Positions 34,499 to 42,716 of a DNA stretch of 64,000 bases are shown in pieces. Within the stretch, counting starts at the first letter, position 1. Every line of letters begins with the position of its first letter. Made by a program: the position numbers and the translations under genes. The stretch is from Candidatus Kaiserbacteria bacterium (GTDB taxonomy: Bacteria; Patescibacteriota; Minisyncoccia; Phycocordibacterales; UBA2100): positions 13,973-77,972 of the forward strand of contig JAQBRI010000005.1 in the NCBI GenBank assembly GCA_028286585.1, read 5' to 3'. The notes below the pieces were generated by a model. It was not told where the DNA came from and did no database searches. It saw only the letters and a program-made list of their open reading frames with translations.

Positions 34499-35047
34499 AT
34501 GCTGAACATCCAAAATCTGTCGCTCAAACGCATCGAACAGGCGTTTTACAGCGCCATGCGCGCTGGCTACGGCTCGAACAAGTCAAAGATAGAGCCGGTG
34601 TCCGGCTATCCAGCCTCAAAAAGCACTAGGCTCGAGACGAACGGCCTTCTTGTTGTCGACACCTGGTTTAGCAACCCAGGCTGCGACGGCAGCCACGGAT
34701 TCACCAACATTTATTGCGAAGACGTATTGGTGTGGTACATGATATACCATGGTTCCTACGAACCGAGTGCCGTGAAGGCATTAAAAGTGTTTTTGCAAAG
34801 AAGCTACCTCGAAAGCAGGTGGGTGCGTGGCGTGCACGAGGAGCAAATCGATATGAACGGCACTAAGTTTGAATACGGTTCGCATGCGCCCAGGGAGAAC
34901 CAGCTGACATTCGCCGAATTTCGAGCGCGCGAAACGATTCACTTCTGGGATGCCGACGACATGGACTGGCGGGAATGCGGTCATCATTTCTATGTTGGTG
35001 GCATTACCGATTACGCAAAAAACTTTCAACGAACTCACCGTGTATGA
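34499..35047 (+). CDS. hypothetical protein (182 aa) in GC-rich island; possibly DUF5680-like
   Basis: An AAGGAG RBS lies 7 nt upstream of the ATG. Local GC is about 60% against a 43% backbone. The product motifs NGLLVVDTWFSNPGCDGSHGF...HFWDADDMDWRECGHHFYVGG have no confident assignment. Confidence 0.45.
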   Translation: MLNIQNLSLKRIEQAFYSAMRAGYGSNKSKIEPVSGYPASKSTRLETNGLLVVDTWFSNPGCDGSHGFTNIYCEDVLVWYMIYHGSYEPSAVKALKVFLQRSYLESRWVRGVHEEQIDMNGTKFEYGSHAPRENQLTFAEFRARETIHFWDADDMDWRECGHHFYVGGITDYAKNFQRTHRV

Positions 35048-35210
35048 TCCTTTTCTCTGCCGCGCACCTGCGCGGCTTTTTTCTTATTGACTCATATCGT
35101 TACAGTCCTCTCAACCCGTCGACACAGGTATGTAAACATGGTATGTTTTTTCTCAGAGTTCAGATCTTTAATTAGGGATCGTTGGGCTCTTGCAATAGCA
35201 GGAGGTAGCA

Positions 35211-35801
35211 GTGAAGCACGAACAAATCGATCACGCCAAAGCCGAAGCGCTCAATGTCGAAAAAGCACTCCGGGTGATGGGCGCGCAAATTTGGCAGCCG
35301 CAGGATGTGCAAAAGCATATGCGCGATTTCGCCGGCTTCTGGCCTGAAGTTTGGGCCGGAAACTTGAAGTTCATGAAAATTTTGTTTGTTGGCACGATTC
35401 TGACTGGTTTAGCTGCGCTGGCGTGTCGTGCTATGGGCTTGCCGTACTTCAACACATTACTGGTAGCGACAATGCTATTGTTCGTAGCGATTATACTGTC
35501 GATCGCCACGGCTTACTTTACAAACGATATATCCTGGCGAACCAACTGGCTATTTACCGATGGACCTCGACAATACACCTATATGAAGGATGACAAAAAC
35601 GCGGCCATTCCCAAGATCGGTGAAAAGATTGTGCAAAACGTCCGCACAATGTGGCCGAAGGCTATGTTTTCGGTCACCTTCTTCGGGCGAGATCCGATCC
35701 TCAACTGCACCATCGACGGAATAACCACCTATCATGTTCTCGTCTGGGTCGAAAACTCCGACGGCACCATGACCATCATCCCGCCGCCGAGTCGAGGCTG
35801 A
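35211..35801 (+). CDS. hypothetical membrane protein (196 aa, two TM helices) in GC-rich island
   Basis: The coding region is GC-rich. The product has a hydrophobic core (ILFVGTILTGLAALACRAMGLPYFNTLLVATMLLFVAIILSIATAYF). Confidence 0.4.
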   Translation: MKHEQIDHAKAEALNVEKALRVMGAQIWQPQDVQKHMRDFAGFWPEVWAGNLKFMKILFVGTILTGLAALACRAMGLPYFNTLLVATMLLFVAIILSIATAYFTNDISWRTNWLFTDGPRQYTYMKDDKNAAIPKIGEKIVQNVRTMWPKAMFSVTFFGRDPILNCTIDGITTYHVLVWVENSDGTMTIIPPPSRG

Positions 35802-35857
35802 AGCATCCGATCTCTTTCGATCTTTTTCACGACAGGTTCTCATGCATACATTCAAAT

Positions 35858-35896
35858 AGCCGCGCATCGATATCGATGCGCGGCTGATTCTTTATT
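35858..35896. terminator. bidirectional terminator (28-bp perfect palindrome)
   Basis: The palindrome agccgcgcatcgatatcgatgcgcggct is followed by gattctttatt. It lies between the converging + and - genes. Confidence 0.5.
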
Positions 35897-35927
35897 CATA
35901 ATTCATATATCTTTATAATTTCTTACT

Positions 35928-35965
35928 CCGTACCTAACTCCCGCGGTCGCGATACTTAGGTACGG
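35928..35965. repeat. 38-bp palindromic element, copy 1 (ccGTACCTAAC-tcCCGCGGTCGCga-tacTTAGGTACgg)
   Basis: It is an imperfect direct repeat of the copy at 36598..36635 (30/38 identity). Each copy has internal arms ACCTAAC…GTTAGGT and lies 3 nt past the stop of the flanked gene. Confidence 0.6.
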
Positions 35966-35967
35966 AA

Positions 35968-36537
35968 TTATTTTAGTTTAAATAAGCGTTTTAAATGTCC
36001 GTCATTCTCAATTGCATCCGCGACTATATACAAGACATCATTACCAGTTTTAAAATCTGCCTTGAGTAACGTTATGAGATCTTCACAATCATATGGATAT
36101 GCCCATACACTGTGTTGTAAATGAACAAATCCGATTGTCTGTAGTGTTTGACGAATATGATCGCGTAGTTTCTTGCGGTGTTCCGGTATGTCAAACATCA
36201 GTAATCTCCATTTATGGTCCCAATGTTTTGGACGTTTATTTTTGTATTCAATCAATTTCAATTTATAGAGCAGTGCCTCTCCTTTTACTGTAATAGTTAA
36301 ATAACCGTTTTTCCATGTGAGTGCACCAGATTTAACCAGCCTGCTGCTTGTTTTATAAACGATATCCTTTTGACGCGATGACTGTATTAATCCGAGCTTT
36401 GTCATTGCACCAATAACGTTTGGAGCAACCGCCAAGACAGCAAGCATACCTGCAGTTTGGATGCCAGCGAGTACTAAGTGTTGTATCTGTCCCCGACGCG
36501 CACGAAGTTTGACCCCTTGTTCGATGACCCCCATCAT
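35968..36537 (-). CDS. PaaX-like / Cas2-fold (VapD-like) putative regulator, wHTH N-terminus
   Basis: The 189-aa product has the C-terminal motif WRLLMFDIPEHRKKLRDHIRQTLQTIGFVHLQHSVWAYP (PaaX_C / Cas2-like). The N-terminal winged-helix-like region is IVYKTSSRLVKSGALTWKNGYLTI. Confidence 0.5.
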   Translation of the reverse strand: MMGVIEQGVKLRARRGQIQHLVLAGIQTAGMLAVLAVAPNVIGAMTKLGLIQSSRQKDIVYKTSSRLVKSGALTWKNGYLTITVKGEALLYKLKLIEYKNKRPKHWDHKWRLLMFDIPEHRKKLRDHIRQTLQTIGFVHLQHSVWAYPYDCEDLITLLKADFKTGNDVLYIVADAIENDGHLKRLFKLK

Positions 36538-36597
36538 ATGAGTATTCTACCGTGACTTCCTCACATCGATATATACGCTATGCACACCTTATGGAAA

Positions 36598-36635
36598 GCG
36601 TACCTAACATCCGCGGTCGCAGGAGTTAGGTACAT
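36598..36635. repeat. 38-bp palindromic element, copy 2 (gcGTACCTAAC-atCCGCGGTCGCag-gaGTTAGGTACat)
   Basis: This copy lies about 60 nt upstream of the start codon of the PaaX-like gene. It has the same arms as copy 1 and the conserved core CCGCGGTCGC. Confidence 0.6.
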
Positions 36636-36678
36636 GAATGAGTTACAAAACATTATCTTAGTGTCGAAGAATTATAGA

Positions 36679-38577
36679 TTACCGGACTTCCCAGCCAGCT
36701 GCTTTGAGAGCAAGGGTGATGCTTTCGACATGACCGTTTGCGTCTTCTTCGAAGAGCGTTCGGTCCATTGATTGGAATACCATTCGAAATGCGTAGGACA
36801 CGCGGCCTTCTTTTTCAAACTGGTCAAAAAGTCTAATACTTGTGAGGAGTTCTCCGCCCTGGGATTGAATTTTATTTTGCACTTCTTCTACACTGGTTCC
36901 GGCAGGGCACCACAAAGAAATATCGCGCACAATTGCTGGGTATTTTGAAAATGCTTTATATCGTTCTGTTTGCGAAAGTGGAAGTTCGTCGTAGGAATCG
37001 GTAAGCATGAGTGCGTTTTCAAATATCTCAAGTGGAATTTCGGCAGCGATGGCTGTTTTTGTAGCTTTTGATAAGTTGACTCCAGCGCCTTTTTCGAGAA
37101 CCTGAACAAAAGTATCGATGGTGTCATGCTTTTTTAGTTTCTCAACTGCAAATGCGATGTGCACATGTTCTGCATTTGCATACCAGACGGTTCCTATTTC
37201 AAATAGTTTAACCTGATTGAGCCCGAGAATATCTTTGTTGCGAATATTTTTCTCGAGCGAATCAGACAGTTGTGCAATAAGCGAATCGCGCAAATATGGC
37301 CGTACACCATCTACCTTATTTGCAACAATCTGTTCGCCACTTTCGGTAAACACACTCGTATACACTTCACTAAATCCGCGTTCAACCAAAAAGTTTCTCA
37401 AAAAATCGATTACATAAAATTGATGATTTACCGCTGGTGCAATTTCACTTTCGGGCAATTCAATGGCAGGCACTGTGTCGTACCCGATAATTCGCCCAAC
37501 CTCTTCTATCAAATCTTCTGGAATTGTAAGGTCAATACGTTCAAATGGAATATGTACTTCAAAAACGCCTGCCTGTTCCTTGTATGCGAGACTGAGTCTT
37601 TGAAACACGTCAGCAATCTCAGATCCGGAAATAGCATATCCTAATACGCCCTGAATTCTCTCTTCGGTGACCGCGATGATTGTGTGTTCTTCCTGTGTTT
37701 GATCATGTACAGCATATCCAATCACCTCTCCTCCCGCAATCAAAGTAATAAGCTTGGTAAGTTCTTGCACACCGTAGTAACAAAATTGCGCGGGCAGTTT
37801 GTTTTCGTAGCGACTCGATGCATCGGTACGGATCTTTAACCCTTGAGCTGTTTTTCTAATTGTTGGACCATCAAATGAACCAACTGTGAGCAGTATATTT
37901 TTTGTTTCAGTGGTAAGTTCTGCTGCACGTCCACCCTTGATGCCCGCAACATCAAGTGGTGCACCACTTACCGCATCAGTAAGCATCAGTATATTTGCAG
38001 GAAGGTCATATGACACTCCTCCCAAAAGATCGATATGTTCTCCTTCTTTTGAATATCTGATGTGTATCCCTTTTGAACTATCTTTTTCTTGGAGTTTGTC
38101 GTAATCAAAAACGTGGCCCGGTTGTCCCAATCCAAACATCACATAGTTTGTTGCATCAACAACATTATTGATCGATCGCTGTCCCAATGATTGCAATCGC
38201 TCTACAAGCCACGAGGGCGACGGTCCTACTGTTACACCATCGATACGTGCCAATATATGCACAGGCGCAACTGCACTATCATCAACTTTGAGTAGTATAT
38301 TTTCTGAAATATTTGTAACGGGCGGTGCAGATTTTGAAAGCACATCATCCTTGATAGGAAATTTGAATATCGCTGACAATTCTTTTGCGATACCGCGATG
38401 CGAAAGACAATCATGTCCTCTGTTAGGTGTGACCTTTACATCAAAGACTGAGTCATCGCCAACATGTTCAATTCCATCTATTTCAAATACATGAAATGTG
38501 AGCGCGTCAGAAATCTCCGCATCAGTAGGAAGCGGTTCTTCAAAATATGTTTGTAACCAATTACGAGAAATTTTCAT
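36679..38577 (-). CDS. pheT: phenylalanine--tRNA ligase beta subunit (short bacterial form)
   Basis: The N-terminus is MKISRNWLQTYFEEPLPT. The B3/B4, B5 and C-terminal catalytic-like domains are present. The 632-aa product lies directly downstream of pheS. Confidence 0.9.
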   Translation of the reverse strand: MKISRNWLQTYFEEPLPTDAEISDALTFHVFEIDGIEHVGDDSVFDVKVTPNRGHDCLSHRGIAKELSAIFKFPIKDDVLSKSAPPVTNISENILLKVDDSAVAPVHILARIDGVTVGPSPSWLVERLQSLGQRSINNVVDATNYVMFGLGQPGHVFDYDKLQEKDSSKGIHIRYSKEGEHIDLLGGVSYDLPANILMLTDAVSGAPLDVAGIKGGRAAELTTETKNILLTVGSFDGPTIRKTAQGLKIRTDASSRYENKLPAQFCYYGVQELTKLITLIAGGEVIGYAVHDQTQEEHTIIAVTEERIQGVLGYAISGSEIADVFQRLSLAYKEQAGVFEVHIPFERIDLTIPEDLIEEVGRIIGYDTVPAIELPESEIAPAVNHQFYVIDFLRNFLVERGFSEVYTSVFTESGEQIVANKVDGVRPYLRDSLIAQLSDSLEKNIRNKDILGLNQVKLFEIGTVWYANAEHVHIAFAVEKLKKHDTIDTFVQVLEKGAGVNLSKATKTAIAAEIPLEIFENALMLTDSYDELPLSQTERYKAFSKYPAIVRDISLWCPAGTSVEEVQNKIQSQGGELLTSIRLFDQFEKEGRVSYAFRMVFQSMDRTLFEEDANGHVESITLALKAAGWEVR

Positions 38578-38583
38578 GGTGAT

Positions 38584-39315
38584 TTAGAATTGATTGATGA
38601 AACGAAGATCTGCAGAATGCATATGTCGCACATCGTCAATTCCCCATCGCAGCATGGCCAATCGGTCGAGACCGACACCAAAAGCAAAACCTTTGTAGAG
38701 AGTCGGGTCTACACCAGCATTTTTGAGAACGTTTGGATGCACCATTCCAGCGCCCATTATTTCGATCCATCTGTCGCGAAGTTTTTCTGGGACAGTGTCC
38801 CCCACCAATCGCATATCAACTTCGACCGACGGCTCGGTGAATGGAAAGAAACTAGGACGAAAGCGAATCTCAACGGATGCACCCTTAAATAGTTCCTTAA
38901 AAAATCTCGCGAGCGTTCCTTTGAGATGTGCGAGAGAAACGTCGGGACCTACTGCAAGTCCTTCGAGTTGAAAAAATTCCGCCTCATGCGTCATGTCAGT
39001 TGCTTCGTTACGAAACACCTTACCTGGCACAATCACGCGATATGGCGGACGAATGCCCTTTTGTATTTGCGCTTCCATGTACCGAATTTGCACCGGACTG
39101 GTATGCGTGCGAAGGACATGATCGGGCACATCCTTAATAAAAAAGGTGTCCTGCATGTCGCGAGCCGGATGGTCCTTGGGCACGTTCAATGCGTCAAAAT
39201 TATGCCATTCATCCTCCAAAAGCGGTCCATCAGCAAAAGCAAAGCCCATACGGGTAAATATTTGTGTCACTTCGCGGACAAGTGAGGATATCGGATGAAG
39301 GTGCGCGTTATTCAT
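38584..39315 (-). CDS. pheS: phenylalanine--tRNA ligase alpha subunit (catalytic core only, 243 aa)
   Basis: Class II core motifs are present: DALNVPKDHPARDMQDTFF, FRNEATDMTHEAEFFQLEG, GAGMVHPNVL...GFAFGVGLDRLAML. The N-terminal coiled-coil is absent. Confidence 0.85.
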   Translation of the reverse strand: MNNAHLHPISSLVREVTQIFTRMGFAFADGPLLEDEWHNFDALNVPKDHPARDMQDTFFIKDVPDHVLRTHTSPVQIRYMEAQIQKGIRPPYRVIVPGKVFRNEATDMTHEAEFFQLEGLAVGPDVSLAHLKGTLARFFKELFKGASVEIRFRPSFFPFTEPSVEVDMRLVGDTVPEKLRDRWIEIMGAGMVHPNVLKNAGVDPTLYKGFAFGVGLDRLAMLRWGIDDVRHMHSADLRFINQF

Positions 39316-39379
39316 CGAACAAGTATACGTCGGGTTTCAATACTTAACAATAGAGCCATTTTGTGCTATAATACCGAAC

Positions 39380-40600
39380 ATGATTTGGCTTATATATGCA
39401 CTCTTTTTTGTCACACTATACTTTGAAGTATTCATGCTTTTGGCCTTTGTAACAACAAAAACAGACCATGATGAACCTGGAGGGCTCGAAAACATCACTT
39501 TTCCACGGGTTACCATTATCGTCCCCTGTTTCAACGAAGAGGCCACCCTCTCTGCAACTATGCACTCCTTGCTTGCCCTCAACTATCCCCACGAGATGCT
39601 CGACATTATTATCGTTAACGACGGTTCAAAAGATGGCACACTAACAGTCGCAAAAACATTTGAATCCGATCCGCGTGTCCGAGTTTTTGACAAGCCAAAC
39701 GGCGGCAAGCACACGGCGATGAATTTTGCTCTTCAACACACAAACAGTGAATTTATCGGCTGTCTTGATGCCGACTCAATCGTAGATCCCGAGGCACTGC
39801 GCGCTATCATTCCCGTTTTTGCAGATGATCGCGTTGCTGCTGTCACGCCGGGAATTCTCATTAAAAAACCCCAGACTCTGATCCAGCACATGCAAGATGC
39901 CGAATACCGGCTTAGTGTATTCAATCGTTTTACACTGGCAGCACTTGGTTCGGCATTTATTACTCCGGGACCATTTTCTATTTACCGCACCAGCATCGTT
40001 CGTGACATGAAAGGTTGGCGACACGGACATTCAACCGAGGATCTGGAGATGGCGCTCTGCATTCAGGATGCCGGCTACATAATCGCAAACGCACCGACTG
40101 CTGTAGTCTATACCGGTTCCCCCCGTACAGTACATGCCCTCTTTAAACAGCGCGTACGTTGGACCTATGGCTTTCTAAGAAATTCGATTGATTATCATTA
40201 CATGTTTGGCAACAAGAAGTACGGTAATTTGAGTATTATTATTTTACCTATGGCATTGCTGTCTATCTTTGCAGCAATTATTTTCTTTACACGTCTTATA
40301 TATCTACTGATTGGACAAATACTACACGCTTTTGCACGATGGCAAATTGTGGGCATTCAATTGCATGCACCCACATTTGATTTGTTTTATTTTAATACCA
40401 GCATGCTTATTGTTCTGGTATTGATAGCAATAGCATTAGTAATTGGACTCATTGCCGTTGGAACTGAGCTAGTAACCGGAAAAAGGCGAGTTCCTTTTGG
40501 TACTGCCTTTTTTGTTTTGTTGTATAGTTTTATTGTGCCATTATGGCTGGCCACTGCTGTCGTTCGCGCAGCGTTTAAAACTGGTGTACGATGGAGATAA
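39380..40600 (+). CDS. family 2 processive beta-glycosyltransferase (cellulose/chitin/hyaluronan synthase-like)
   Basis: The product has VTIIVPCFNEE, DIIIVNDGSKDGT, the DAD motif (GCLDADS), and QRVRWTYG (QxxRW). It has an N-terminal TM helix and C-terminal TM helices. Confidence 0.85.
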   Translation: MIWLIYALFFVTLYFEVFMLLAFVTTKTDHDEPGGLENITFPRVTIIVPCFNEEATLSATMHSLLALNYPHEMLDIIIVNDGSKDGTLTVAKTFESDPRVRVFDKPNGGKHTAMNFALQHTNSEFIGCLDADSIVDPEALRAIIPVFADDRVAAVTPGILIKKPQTLIQHMQDAEYRLSVFNRFTLAALGSAFITPGPFSIYRTSIVRDMKGWRHGHSTEDLEMALCIQDAGYIIANAPTAVVYTGSPRTVHALFKQRVRWTYGFLRNSIDYHYMFGNKKYGNLSIIILPMALLSIFAAIIFFTRLIYLLIGQILHAFARWQIVGIQLHAPTFDLFYFNTSMLIVLVLIAIALVIGLIAVGTELVTGKRRVPFGTAFFVLLYSFIVPLWLATAVVRAAFKTGVRWR

Positions 40601-41316
40601 TTATGACGAGCCCTATCACACAAACACGCACACCAAAGTCACGTACCTATTTGTATGCCCTTTTGATAACTCTGTTTATTTTTGCAACAGCCTTTTATGT
40701 GAGCACCTATTTCAATAGTCAGCGTATCCAGGACATTCGTAGTACGCAGGACAATATTTCGACCGACATACTCTCGCTCGAAACACAATTTGATTTGCTG
40801 CAGCAGCGATCATGCGACTCTGTCACAGAAAATACAATTCTTCCTTCTGAACTTATCTCATTGGGCAATCAGCTTTCGTACATGGAAGCACAAAATTCAT
40901 CGACAAACAAAGATGAAATCATTCGACTCAAGCGATTGTATTCATTGCTTCAAATCAAGGATTATCTTTTGATGAAGCAGCTCGCATTAAAATGTAATCT
41001 GAAGCCGGTTTTTATCCAATATTTTTATACCAATATCGGCAACTGTATTGATTGTGAAAAGCAGGGATATGTACTAACTAAACTCGCTCAAACATACCCA
41101 CAACTGCGTATTTATACATATGACTACAACCTTGATGTTTCGGCACTCAAAACCCTCATTTCAATTAATGATGTCGACAACAAACTTCCAGCGCTCGTGA
41201 TCGATGACAAGGTGTATTATGGATTCCAAAGTGAGGCAGATCTCATCAATGAAATTCCGCAACTTGCAACGCTTGAAAAGGCGACAAGTACTGCTGCAAC
41301 AAGTACGAAGAAGTAG
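40591..41316 (+). CDS. hypothetical membrane protein, overlapping partner of the GT2 synthase; CxxC thioredoxin-like motif
   Basis: It overlaps the GT2 gene by 10 nt. The product has an N-terminal TM helix, NIGNCIDCEKQGYVL, and a C-terminal Thr/Ala/Ser tail. Confidence 0.45.
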   Translation: MEIIMTSPITQTRTPKSRTYLYALLITLFIFATAFYVSTYFNSQRIQDIRSTQDNISTDILSLETQFDLLQQRSCDSVTENTILPSELISLGNQLSYMEAQNSSTNKDEIIRLKRLYSLLQIKDYLLMKQLALKCNLKPVFIQYFYTNIGNCIDCEKQGYVLTKLAQTYPQLRIYTYDYNLDVSALKTLISINDVDNKLPALVIDDKVYYGFQSEADLINEIPQLATLEKATSTAATSTKK

Positions 41317-41419
41317 AAGGAGGAGTGTAGAACTCTTTCGTAATAGAGTTTTCGAGCACACTGTATATATCTCCCGAAAAATACAGTGTTCTTTGGAATG
41401 TATATGTTGAGGCGATTTC

Positions 41420-41545
41420 GGAGCGACACCTCCACAGACACTTTGGAAACCTACGGTTTTCCAACGGTTGAGTACAACCTGCCTTCCTGCGCGGGGAACT
41501 ACCGTTCCCCGACCCCCTCCCGTCTGGGAGGTGTCTCCTTCGTTA
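41420..41545. ncRNA. candidate structured RNA in 240-nt gene-free gap (strand and identity unknown)
   Basis: There is a long-range helix GACACCTCC (41426–41434) / GGAGGTGTC (41528–41536). It encloses local hairpins GGGGAAC-taccg-GTTCCCC (41493–41510) and CCTCCC-gtct-GGGAGG (41516–41531). No match to tRNA geometry was found. Confidence 0.25.
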
Positions 41546-41554
41546 TCACTTCGG

Positions 41555-41627
41555 AGCCACCTCCCAGACTCGAACTGGGGACCTTCGCTTTACAAAAGCG
41601 TTGCTCTACCAACTGAGCTAAGGTGGC
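41555..41627 (-). tRNA. tRNA-Thr (anticodon TGT)
   Basis: The reverse complement is GCCACCTTAGCTCAGTTGGTAGAGCAACGCTTTTGTAAAGCGAAGGTCCCCAGTTCGAGTCTGGGAGGTGGCT. The cloverleaf has anticodon loop TTTGTAA and T-loop TTCGAGT. Confidence 0.85.
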
Positions 41628-41652
41628 ACTGGTAAACAGGTAACAGAGGCTA

Positions 41653-42057
41653 TTATATAGAATCAGTTGAGTCTTGGCTAGTAATTCCCTTTTTGTGGTC
41701 GGTAACTTCTTTCAAGAAATCGGACTGCGTCTCGCGCAATGAAAATGAATGCTTATGCGATATTCTATCTGCCACAGCATGCGCACCACGCTCTACAGCA
41801 CGTGCGCTGTATGCAGTACCAAGAGCAGCACGATGAATTCCCCATCGCAGTACCAAAACAGACGTTGGTGCTATTTTTTTGAGCTCGTGGGTCAAAAGTT
41901 GTCCTTTACGTTTAAGAGCAAGTGCTTGCATGTCTCCCTGTTCTCGTAAAGCTCGAGCAAATCGAACATCAGATCGAAGCTCATATGACTTGAGCACGAA
42001 AAGTCCGATTATACCCAAGAACGAAATTACGAAAATTGCGAGAACAAAAAATACCAT
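41653..42057 (-). CDS. hypothetical membrane protein (134 aa)
   Basis: The product has an N-terminal TM helix (MVFFVLAIFVISFLGIIGLFVL). The gene is co-directional with tsf, 6 nt downstream of it. Confidence 0.4.
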   Translation of the reverse strand: MVFFVLAIFVISFLGIIGLFVLKSYELRSDVRFARALREQGDMQALALKRKGQLLTHELKKIAPTSVLVLRWGIHRAALGTAYSARAVERGAHAVADRISHKHSFSLRETQSDFLKEVTDHKKGITSQDSTDSI

Positions 42058-42063
42058 ATACGA

Positions 42064-42696
42064 TTACTGCACTGAAAGTCGTTCAAATCTCACAACGTCG
42101 ACCTTTTCACCAAACTTTTGAACTGCCTGTGATACCAGTTCGCCCACAGTAACAGAACCATCTTTGACGAATGGCTGATTCATTAATACCTTTTCACTCA
42201 GATAGCTTTCGAGCTTGCCTTCAACAGCCTTTGCGCGGAATGCTTCAGAAACCGAAGCAGCCTCAGCCTCAAATACAGATCGTGCAGCAGCGATATCACT
42301 CTCTTGCACGTCATCACGAGTCTTAAATTGCGGTCCCATTGCAGCAACGTGCATCGCTATGTCGTATGCAAGTTTTGCAAAGTCCTCGTTTTTGGAAACA
42401 AAGTCTGTTTCGCAGCCAAGTACAATTGCACCAACAACCTGTCCGCCAGCATGAACATATGCCGCAGCAACGCCAGCACCAAGGGTGCGGTCGCCTTTTT
42501 TGAGCGCTATTGCAGCACTCGCCTTTCGCAAGACGACTTGCGCCTTTTCAATATCTCCTCCAGACTCCTCGAGCGCCTTTTTGCACTGCATAACTGAAAC
42601 GCCGGTAATGTCTCGTAATTGTTTGATGAGGTCTGTTGTAATTTCCATAGCAAAAAAATAATAAGTAGTAGGACTATTGTACCCGCATTGAGTCAA
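42064..42696 (-). CDS. tsf: translation elongation factor Ts
   Basis: The UBA-like N-terminus is LIKQLRDITGVSVMQCKKALEESGGDIEKAQVVLRK. The likely start is MEITTDL at nt 42648. It lies downstream of rpsB. Confidence 0.9.
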   Translation of the reverse strand: MTQCGYNSPTTYYFFAMEITTDLIKQLRDITGVSVMQCKKALEESGGDIEKAQVVLRKASAAIALKKGDRTLGAGVAAAYVHAGGQVVGAIVLGCETDFVSKNEDFAKLAYDIAMHVAAMGPQFKTRDDVQESDIAAARSVFEAEAASVSEAFRAKAVEGKLESYLSEKVLMNQPFVKDGSVTVGELVSQAVQKFGEKVDVVRFERLSVQ

Positions 42697-42716
42697 TGAC
42701 TCAAGTGGGCTGCGAA

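Noticed and set aside
35968-36537. A Cas2-like motif (…MFDIPE…Q-SVW) hinting at a CRISPR-Cas locus
   Set aside because: No cas1, no repeat-spacer array, and an N-terminal wHTH extension. This fits PaaX-like or VapD-fold regulators better than a functional Cas2.
35928-36635. Calling the repeat-flanked gene a bona fide integron cassette
   Set aside because: The repeats are only 38 bp, no intI, attI or Pc is visible in 64 kb, and it is a single cassette. It is kept as a hypothesis (finding) rather than an annotated mobile element.
41420-41545. Second tRNA or tRNA with long variable arm next to tRNA-Thr
   Set aside because: A 12-bp closing helix with an internal bulge and no D or T arm geometry cannot be folded into a cloverleaf. 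It is kept only as a generic structured-RNA candidate.
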